From Eledone cirrhosa (lineage: Eukaryota), in assembly GCA_964016885.1 (NCBI GenBank), contig OZ024743.1, forward strand, positions 100,068,001 through 100,132,000: 64,000 nucleotides of DNA, read 5' to 3'. The notes beneath the pieces were generated by a model that worked only from the letters and a program-made list of their open reading frames with translations, ran no database searches and was not told the origin of the DNA. Positions within the stretch are counted from its first letter, which is position 1; each line of letters starts with the position of its first letter. Below are positions 39,466 to 48,164 of the stretch, piece after piece. Both the position numbers and the translations under genes were made by a program.

Positions 39466-39765
39466 TCATCATCATCATCACCATCATTTTACGTCCGCTT
39501 TTCCCTGCTTGCAAGGGTGGGACAGGTCCTATTCAATACAGCATCTCTCCATTCGTCATGGTCCTTTGTCATCTCCTCCGTGAGCTTCAACAATCTGAGG
39601 TCTGCTCTCACCACCTCCACCCATGTTTTTTGTGGTCTTCCTCTACTGCATCTTCCTTCTACTGGGATTTCTTGTCACTTCTTTACCCAGCGGTCATCCT
39701 CCATCCGCATCACATGTCCATACCATCTCAGTCTTCTCGCCTGCACACCACAACTTATCCCTCCT
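39466..39765 (-). mobile_element. RTE 3' fragment (third subfamily, almost no 3' UTR)
   Basis: Minus strand reads RRLRWYGHVMRMEDD..RGRPQKTW..RTCPTLASREKRT* directly into (GAT)n. Confidence 0.85.
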
Positions 39766-39825
39766 ATACACACACATATATATATATATATACATATATA
39801 TACATATATATATATGTGTGTGTGT

Positions 39826-40056
39826 GTGGAGGCACATGACCTCGGGATAAGATCATAATGTCGTGGGTTTGATTCCTAGATTGTGTATTGTATTCTTCAG
39901 CAAAACGTTGCTCCAGTATACTCAGCTGAAAATGAGTACCAGCAATAGCTGGGGGTTTAACCCTGTGATGGACTGGCGTCCTGTCCAGGGGGGAGTCTTG
40001 TACTCACAGTTACTTCACGCCATGAAACCGGGATAAGCACTTTAGACTTAAGACTT
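39826..40056 (+). mobile_element. tRNA/CORE-like SINE with CCCTGTGATGGACTGG tail (also 45396-45690 and about 62330-62534)
   Basis: Head TGGAGGCACATG, TTGCTCCAGT..CTCAGCTG..AATGAGTACC and a tail shared among copies. Confidence 0.75.
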
Positions 40057-40554
40057 TATATATATGTAAGTGTGCATGTGTGTGAATAGGCATGCTGTCC
40101 CTGCTGACAAGGATTGGACTGGTTACCAACAGACTAGGTTGAAATTCAAAATGGAGGTACTGCCATAGGGCTGCATCTTGCTTAAATTCCTGCACCCTAC
40201 TGAGTGCTAAGACAGGCTGCCAGCCCATGACTCACTTGCATACAATCCTGTGCAATACTGAGTGCATTTTATTGTAGCACCAGCACTAGGGAGGTTGTCA
40301 TGTCTTTGATACAGCTGAAGAGTCCTTCTGACACTTTCTTTGGCAGAATTTTTACAGTTAGATGCCCATCCTATTACCAACCATTTTACAGAGTGTACTG
40401 GGTGCATTTATTGTGTAAATTACTAACACAGTGGGATTCACTTCATAACCACATCATTCTGGGTTCACTCTCACTGTGTGCTATTTTGTTCTACTGTTGT
40501 CTTGGATTCAACATTAACTTATAAGAGAAATTTGGTCGACAATCTCTGTGTTAA

Positions 40555-40744
40555 CCCTTTACCCTTTACATTACTCTATATCTACTATTGTATTTTCATG
40601 GTAATGGATTTATTTCACATAATTATCTCGCATGATATCAAATCTATGAAATTTTGATATTATTTATTTTGAGAACAATACCTTAACATCAGTATAAGTG
40701 GCCGGTCACAGCTGGTTTGAACAGAAAGTGGTGAGAGAATTCTG
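40555..40744. mobile_element. TTAA-MITE family 2, truncated
   Basis: Starts TTAA CCCTTT; reverse-complement match to 32640-32827. Confidence 0.75.
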
Positions 40745-41458
40745 TTGATTATTCGGAATGTTGAGCGGAATAATTTTCCTTTGTTAACACTTTGAATTTA
40801 CGCGCCAAAAACCAGGGGTTATTTCCCTTGTTGGAAATAACACGTCACAACGAAAGACTGAAGGCTGTCTATTGTAGCAGTCGTCATGAGTTGCAGTTCA
40901 CACCTGTTTGAGGCCTAGAACGAAATACCTGTCGATGACATGAATCCCCTGTTTGATCATGGAATACCACAAGCTTACGTATTACGTAAATTGGCTTGAT
41001 GATTTTGGATTCATAGAAACCTATCGGACGTATTGCAGAATATCATCCGATCTGTCCAGGTCTGTTGTCTAACCTGATTAGTTTTTTCGTTGTTTTGGTA
41101 CTGTATCGTTGGGTTTTGCCTGTTGCAATTTTCAATTTGTCAAGCTATCTAAACGTAAAGTTATTACTCTGAGGGCATACCCTTATTGAGTGCTTTACTA
41201 TTCATTCTTAATTGTAGGTCGATTTTGCTTGGCTGCAGCCAAAGCTTTGACTTTACTAAGCTTCCACTTGTATATATATATATAGAGAGAGAGAGATAGA
41301 TAAATATACACGGGTGTGTATGATTGTGTATAGAAGATTATATTAATAAAAGGAATTCCAACTTTGTCTGATTTACTCGTTTTATTTACAATCCTTTAAA
41401 ATTTATAATGGTATTAGAATGAAATAGTATGGTAGAATATTAAATGTTAAGTGCTAAT

Positions 41459-41497
41459 TGAACAAGTACTTTCATGCTTTCGCAATCTTCAGATTCA
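41459..41497 (-). ncRNA. Minimal hammerhead ribozyme (left arm of B)
   Basis: TGAAT CTGAAGA T TGC GAAA GCA T GAAA GTAC TT GTTCA. Confidence 0.75.
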
Positions 41498-41558
41498 TAA
41501 TATGTGGTGACAGTCAAGTTTGCATGAAAATTGCAAACTTGACTGTCTCTACACATTA

Positions 41559-41597
41559 TGAACCTGAAGATTGCGAAAGCATGAAAGTACTTGTTCA
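41559..41597 (+). ncRNA. Minimal hammerhead ribozyme (right arm of B)
   Basis: Stem I TGAAC/GTTCA, core CTGAAGA..GAAA, stem II TGC-GAAA-GCA, palindromic stem III AGTACT, predicted CUU cleavage after 41592. Confidence 0.8.
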
Positions 41598-41927
41598 ATT
41601 AGCACTTAACATTTAATATTCTACCATACTATTTCATTCTAATACCATTATAAATTTTAAAGGATTGTAAATAAAACGAGTAAATCAGACAAAGTTGGAA
41701 TTCCTTTTATTAATATATATATATATATATATACAGGCAGAAGCTTAGTAAATATATATATATATATATTTATATTGTTATACTTTGGGAGGGTCATGTT
41801 GCCAATAAGAAACACACGCACCAGTTGCTTTCACTTCAATTTATTATAAATTAAATTTATAAATTTAGGAATTTATAAATTTCCGGTTGGTTGGTTGGTT
41901 CCACAACCAGGTAGTTGTTTATATATT

Positions 41928-41970
41928 GTCAAAGTTCTTTCGTCACACATTCTGTGAACTCTTCAGTGAC
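41928..41970 (-). ncRNA. Minimal hammerhead-like motif (left arm of C)
   Basis: GTCA CTGAAGA GTTCACA GAATG TGTGAC GAAA GAAC TT TGAC. Confidence 0.7.
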
Positions 41971-42032
41971 TGAAACAAAATGGCGTAGGACAGAACAAAG
42001 GAGAGGCACAAAAACAAAGAAAAGAATCCGCA

Positions 42033-42075
42033 GTCACTGAAGAGGTCACAGAATGTGTGACGAAAGGACTTTGAC
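42033..42075 (+). ncRNA. Minimal hammerhead-like motif (right arm of C)
   Basis: GTCA CTGAAGA G GTCACA GAATG TGTGAC GAAA GGAC TT TGAC. Confidence 0.7.
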
Positions 42076-42293
42076 AATATATAAACAACTACCTGGTTGT
42101 GGAACCAACCAACCAACCGGAAATTTATAAATTCCTAAATTTATAAATTTATTATAATAAATTGAAGTGAAAGCAACTGTGCGTGTGTTTCTTATTGGCA
42201 ACATGACCCTCCCAAAGTATAACAATATCGGTTTCAACACACGTTTTCAGATAAAGAATCTTGCTAAACAAATTCAGAAACGAAATATATATT

Positions 42294-42330
<37 letters not shown>

Positions 42331-42332
<2 letters not shown>

Positions 42333-42799
42333 AAGGCGGGTAAAATTCCCGAGATCCATGGACGAGTTCTCTCCAGCGGTCTCTGTCCCTCATTATCGCT
42401 GCCATATCCTGCATCTCCAACAGACCAGTGTCTGTCCTTAGGGCATCAACATATGTTAACCTTGGTCTTCCTCTTCTAGTGTGTCCATGTAGGGGCTCCC
42501 AAAGGAGCACTGAGTGCAATGTCAACTATGGATGTCGGTGAGCATGTCCAACCAACCTCAGTCTCCTCTGTGTCACTTTTGAGCTGACTTTTGGGATGCT
42601 CCCATACAGCTCTGAGTTTTTCATCCTCAGTGTATACTGATTAATGTTGGGAGCAAAGATTGGGAATACGGAAGATGATGTGGTTGAGAGGAAGAGCAAG
42701 GCCTGGGCGGCGTGTCACAGCTTGAGATCGGTGTGGAAGTCGCACCTTCGTAGAGACCTGAAAATCCGCATCTTCATTGCTGTAGTGGAGTCTGTGCTG

Positions 42800-42803
<4 letters not shown>
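42331..42803. mobile_element. RTE-clade fragment (distinct family) with internal inversion, in (TA)n
   Basis: Minus strand RRLRLVGH..VLLWEP..RRGRPRLTYVD (42331 to about 42650); plus strand RKSKAWAA..VVESVLLY (about 42655-42803). Confidence 0.75.
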
Positions 42804-42845
<42 letters not shown>

Positions 42846-42890
42846 AATGAATACAAGGAGTATACACGGTTAAAACATGTTTATATAACA

Positions 42891-42935
42891 ATGCCCCTAC
42901 GTATGTTTCGCCCGGAATGGGCTTATCAAGGGCAT
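42891..42935 (-). ncRNA. Degenerate hammerhead motif
   Basis: ATGCCC TTGATAA GCCC ATTCC GGGC GAAAC ATAC GTA GGGGCAT: stems intact, two substitutions in the CTGATGA core. Confidence 0.55.
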
Positions 42936-43220
42936 GGAAAACAAAAAATGATCAATACGCAACCTGGGTCGCGTATTGATCATTTTTTTGTTATATGTGG
43001 TTTTTCTCACATCTGAGATGTGAGAAAAACCACAGACCCTCCATCTCAACTCTACTTTTGAAAAACAGAAGAACTGCGAAACTGGTAAAGGAACCAAATA
43101 AATATATATATTTTTTTAAAAATAAGACTCCAGTTGCATTTTCAATTTCATCTTTTTTTCTCTATACTTTCACTCGTGTAGGACACCTCGGTTATTTTTC
43201 ATTTTGTAAAAAAACCTCAC

Positions 43221-43255
<35 letters not shown>

Positions 43256-43278
43256 CTGTTGTATCATGTGTTTAACAC

Positions 43279-43452
43279 TACTCTATATTTACTATTGTAT
43301 TTTCATGGTAAAGGCTTTACCTCACATAACATTCACATTACTCTATATATACTATTGTATTTTCATGGTAAAGGCTTTATCTCACATAACATTCACATTA
43401 CTCTATATATACTATTGTATTTTCATGGTAAAGGCTTTATCTCACATAACAT
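43279..43452. repeat. 60-bp tandem repeat (about 2.9 copies) of the MITE family 2 subterminal region
   Basis: Exact 60-bp period; unit matches about 40570-40625. Confidence 0.92.
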
Positions 43453-43578
43453 CATCGTCCATTTTCCATGCTAGCATGGGTTGGACTAGAAACAAAGCTA
43501 ACAACACAGTGCACTATCCCAAAACTAGTCAAGCTTGGATCAATTTCTTTCTGCACAAGACATTATTAATTTAATAGC

Positions 43579-44639
43579 ACCTCATGGTTGTCCATAACTG
43601 TGTTAGAAATAGCAGCTAAATGAGGGAAATTCATGGTGGCCCCTAAGTGTGCTAGAAATAGCAGCTAAATGGGAAAGACTCCTGGTGATCCATAGGTATG
43701 CTAGAAATAGCAGCTAAATAGGAGGAAATCTCATGGTGGTCCTTAGGTGTGCTAGAAAAAGCAGCTAAATAGGGAAAACTTATGGTGGTCTATAGGTGTG
43801 GTAGAAATAGCAGCTAAATAGTAGAACCTCATGGTGGTATATAGAAGTACTAGAAATAGCAGCTAAAAAGAGGGTACCTCAGGATGGTCCATAGGTATGC
43901 TACAAATAGCAGCTACATCACCTAAACAGAGAGAAACTCATGGTGGTCCATAGGTGTGCTAAAAATAGCAACTAAATAAGGGGAAACACATGGTGGTTCA
44001 TAGTTGTGCTAGAAATAGCAGCTACATCACCTAAATATAGGGAACCTCATTGTAGTCCATATGTGTGCTAGAAATAGCATCTAAATGGGGATAACCACAT
44101 GGTGGTCCATAGCTGGGCTAGAAATAGTAGCTACATAGAGGAACTTCATGGTGGTCCATAGAGGTGCTATAAAGGACAGCTAAATAAGGGGAAACTCATG
44201 GTCGTCCATTGGTGTGCTAGAAATAGCACCTAAATAGAGGGAACCACTTTGTGGTCAGTAAGTGTGCTAGAAATAGCAGCTACATCAGCTAAAAAGGGGA
44301 AACCTCATGGTGGTCCATAGGTATGTTAAAAATAGCAGCTACATAAGCTAAACAGGGGAACCTCTTTGTGGTGTGTAGGTGTGCTATAAATAGCAGCTAA
44401 ATACGGATTACCTCATGGTGGCCAATAGAAGAGTTAGAAATAGCAGCTAGTGGTCCCTAGCTGGCCTAGAAATAACAACTAAATCGGAAAACCTCATGGT
44501 GGTCCATGGGCATGCTAGAAATAGCAGCTACATCAGCTAAACGGGTGGAACATCATGGTGGTCCATAGGTGTACTAGAAATAGCAGCTAAATTGGGGGAA
44601 ACCTCATAATGGTTCAAAGGTGTTCTAGAAATAGCAGCT
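43579..44639. repeat. Diverged ~50-bp minisatellite (CTCATGGTGGTCCATAGGTGTGCTAGAAATAGCAGCTAAATAGGGGAAAC), about 20 copies
   Basis: Recurrent CTAGAAATAGCAGCTA; some units are about 8 bp longer (CATCACCT/CATCAGCT). Confidence 0.92.
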
Positions 44640-44647
44640 TTTGTAGA

Positions 44648-45165
44648 AAACCTGGGACAACTTGATAAAGTCCGACCTTGCATACTTGCACCTCTCTAAG
44701 ACAATGTCACTGGATCGAGATCTTTGATGCCATGCAGTATTACTGAAGACCTGCCTTCCCTATGTGCAAAATTAACCTAGAGTCAGTAGGCCCCTCCACC
44801 AAACACACCCAACCCATTACCCCCACTCCATCCTCCCACTCCCACCAACACCACCCCTTTCTCTATAAAGTTATGTTGGTACCACAACATCCAGTCCACA
44901 CTAATGAGATTCTGTAGGGGTCACGACAAAAAACACACAGCCCACGCTGTAATGTGGCCATGTAGGTAACATGGTAAAAAGTTCCCAGTCCACACTGTAA
45001 ATCTGGTTGGTATTAGGAAGGGCATCCAGCCGTAGAAAACCTGCCAGATAGTCCTATTCAAGCAAGACACGGTCACCCGACCAATCTTGCCTCAAGTGGG
45101 ACAACTTTCGTCTAACCCATGCTAGCGTGGAAAATGGACGTTCAACGACGATGATGATGATGATG
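44648..45165 (+). mobile_element. RTE 3' fragment with (GAT)n tail
   Basis: Reverse complement of the 24118-24625 type. Confidence 0.88.
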
Positions 45166-45233
45166 CAAAATGTAAATGGAAACAACACAGTACAATGAAT
45201 ATTAGTTTGATGCTTGATATAGTAGGAAAAGAG

Positions 45234-45269
45234 TCTTTACGTTTCAGACACTGGTCCTTCATCAGAAGA
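45234..45269 (-). ncRNA. Minimal hammerhead ribozyme
   Basis: TCTT CTGATGA A GGAC CAGT GTCT GAAAC GTA AAGA; palindromic stem III ACGT; GUA site. Confidence 0.75.
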
Positions 45270-45395
45270 TAGAATGAGAAATAAAAGATGAAATAGAAAG
45301 ATAAGAGAATGAGAAGAGGAAGAAATGGAAAAAAGCCTTTTGAGAAAAACTCACATGTATTCAGTCAGCCATTTATATCTATATAAGTTTAACTG

Positions 45396-45690
45396 TGGAG
45401 GCACGTGGGTAGTGGTAAGGGTGTTGAACTTACAATCATAATATCGTGAGTTTGATTCCTGGACTGGATTGTGAGTTGTGTTCTTGAGCAAATCATTTCA
45501 TTTCATGTTGTTCCAGTATACTCAGCTGAAAATGAGTACCAGCAATAGTTGGGGCATTTAACCCTGTGATGGACTGGCTTCCTGTCCCGGGGAAAATTTT
45601 GTACTCTCAATCACTTAACGTCATGGCAACTGGGATAAGAACTAGCCTGATGATCCTCTGGGCTCAAGACAGACTTTAGATAACTTTAAC
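45396..45690 (+). mobile_element. tRNA/CORE-like SINE
   Basis: Homologous to 39826-40056. Confidence 0.8.
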
Positions 45691-47231
45691 TAATAGAGAG
45701 ATCAACTTGGACATGACAAGTTATCCATAGCTCAATATGTGTTATTACAATCACAATCATATGGAGCAGAAACATCCAAGGTATAATCCATATGGATTGC
45801 ATGTATGTAACAGCACAGAACAGCATTAACATTAAATAATAAACTGTGGTGATGGAATTAAGTCATTTTATTCATTTTATGCATATTTCACTGGTTGCCC
45901 TGAATATCAATTGACAGGGATGCCAGCATGGAAAAATGAATGTAAAATGATGATGATGATGATATAAATTTGTTTTTAGAGTGAAAATATCCCTAAAGGT
46001 ATCCCTAACATCTTTTTTATATTTCCTGGGACACATTGAAAAAATCATTTTTATCATCTCAGAGGAAGAAGGGCAGGTCTGATAAAAGGAAGGGACTGAT
46101 AAAAGGAAGGGACATATTTATTCTCAGACCAGAAATCTGATCTAAATGTAACAAGTTAGTCTCTGTTAAAAATGCCCAAGTGTTTGGTGGTGGTGTTAAA
46201 CTTGGCAATGGATGAAGTCTTCCACAAAAGTTTAAGAATGGTCTTTTTAACAGGTTCTACACATTTCCATACAGGTTCCATCAGTTAACTTTCACTCCCA
46301 AGACCAAAGTTGTGGTAGAAGACACCTGCCCAAGTTTCTACACAATAAATTCAAACCTAAAATCACAAGGTTGTAAATTAAACCTCTTAACCACACAGTT
46401 GTGTGTATGCCCATTTACTAAATGTTTCCAGAGCAAATTTCATATAAATTAATTTTAAAAGATTTTTCTGTCAATAGAAAAATTCTTAGTCATCAGTTCC
46501 AAGCTGTATATCTGAATCTACCAACAGAATAAAAACCTTTCTCCACACTATTTTATTTAGAAATCAATTTGTCTTAATTTACTCTGTGTATTTTATATAT
46601 CTTCATCTTAATTTTTCTTTTTTATTTCAGATCTTTATAAAATAAGTTTTGCTTCATCAGATTTCAGAATTATTTTAAATTAGAAAACATTATTAACTTA
46701 ATATGTAATTCTATATTCTTCTTAGTTTTCTCTTAAGCTAACAATGTTTTCAAAAAATATAGCCTAGGAAAATTTTGTTTATTTCCTATCTCGAAAATTT
46801 TGCAAATACATGATTAAAGTATATTTATTTTAGATTTTAGATTTCATTCAAATTAGCCAAAATATATGTCTACAAAAATTAATGTGAACTTTTCTACTGA
46901 ATGGTGACAAGAACTAACTTTAGAATATGACTGACATTTTCTCATGGTATTTCTAAATCTTTACGTAAAGATGTCAATGGCAACCATCATTACTCACTGT
47001 ATCTTTGAAATATAAGAATTTACATGAGCAAGCTAACAGAAATCTATTTCCAACTATAAAGAAACAAATCAGATTATAGCCAAATCTTTGTGGTCTTTCA
47101 TCCTTAAATAATCCAATCTATTTTTAGTTGTTGTTGCTGTCATTGTATGACCCTAGGTCAGCTGGGATTGATCAAACCTATGGCACACAGATAGTCTATC
47201 AAGCCACATGGTATGACCCACAGATCTAAAA

Positions 47232-47545
47232 AGTGCATGGCATTGTGGTTAGGGAATTCAGCTCGCGATCATAAAGTTGTGAGTTCAATTCCTGACAGCG
47301 CGTTGTGTCCTTGAGCAAGACACTTTATTTCATGTTGCTCCAGTTCACTCAGCTGGCAAAAATGAGTTATACCTGTAATTCGAAGGGCCAGCCTTGTCAC
47401 ATTCTGTGTCACACTGAATCTCCCTGAGAACTACGTTAAGGGTACGCGTGTTTGTGGAATACTCAGCCACTTGGACGTTAATTTCAGGAGCAGGCTGTTC
47501 CATTTATCCAATCAACTGGAACATTCGTTGTCGTAACTGATGGAG
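47232..47545 (+). mobile_element. tRNA/CORE-like SINE with a different tail
   Basis: TGGCATTGTGG, GAGTTCAATTCC, GTGTCCTTGAGCAAGACACTTTA. Confidence 0.75.
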
Positions 47546-47586
47546 TACCTTCCTCTATACCTCTACCCGAGCTTTGGTGCTTGGAG

Positions 47587-47754
47587 AGACATTTGCACAT
47601 TCTGGGTGAGCACTCTAGACATTTGCATATTCTGGGTGAGCACTCAAGACATTTGCATATTCTGGGCAAGAACTCTAGACATTTGCATATTCTGGGTGAG
47701 AACTCTAGACATTTGTATATTCCGGGTGAGCAAGCACTGTAGACATTTACATAT

Positions 47755-47755
<1 letters not shown>
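47587..47755. repeat. 30-bp minisatellite (AGACATTTGCATATTCTGGGTGAGCACTCT), left part
   Basis: About 5.5 units; array resumes at 60762. Confidence 0.93.

Positions 47756-47805
<50 letters not shown>
47756..47805. repeat. (AAT)n at the Tx1 3' junction
   Basis: Seen directly. Confidence 0.98.
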
Positions 47806-47807
<2 letters not shown>

Positions 47808-48164
47808 TTTCTTTATTAACCACAAGGGTTTACATAAAGTAGACATTAAGGACAGTGCAGGACAATACAGTACGGTACAAATGGGCATTTCTGCGTGTAA
47901 AAAACAAAAACAGAGGATGTAACAAAAAAATAACAATGAAAAATTCCCCAATAGGGGGGAGACTTCGGAGGGACATTTGTGGAGAAAGCCCAGTAAAAGG
48001 CCACAGTGACCCTGACCACCAAGGCAAGTGCCCTCTCCCAGTTTTCCACCTTTAATTTACAGATATATACTCAGAGTAGGCCCATTCACTCGGGCCATTC
48101 TTGCTTCTCTCACCCATCTTTCAACAAAATGGTGGGAAGAGAGCACTTCCCTCTCTACTCTGAT

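Larger units (their letters stand above)
41339..41717. mobile_element. Near-perfect ~380-bp palindrome B with a hammerhead in each arm (PLE-like fold-back)
   Basis: Arms 41339-41524 and 41532-41717, 7-nt loop, about 4 mismatches by eye; sits in (TA)n. Confidence 0.85.
41772..42276. mobile_element. Palindromic PLE-like remnant C (about 200-bp arms, 58-bp spacer, about 48-nt tail)
   Basis: 41772-41972 is the reverse complement of 42031-42228; termini and tail are shared with remnant A. Confidence 0.8.

Noticed and set aside
40880-40940. CTGTTTGAG..CGAAA..GTC hammerhead-like string
   Set aside because: The core is mismatched and there is no adjacent stem I or II
45646-45680. CTGATGA as a hammerhead core
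   Set aside because: No GAAA or stem III follows; it is part of a SINE tail
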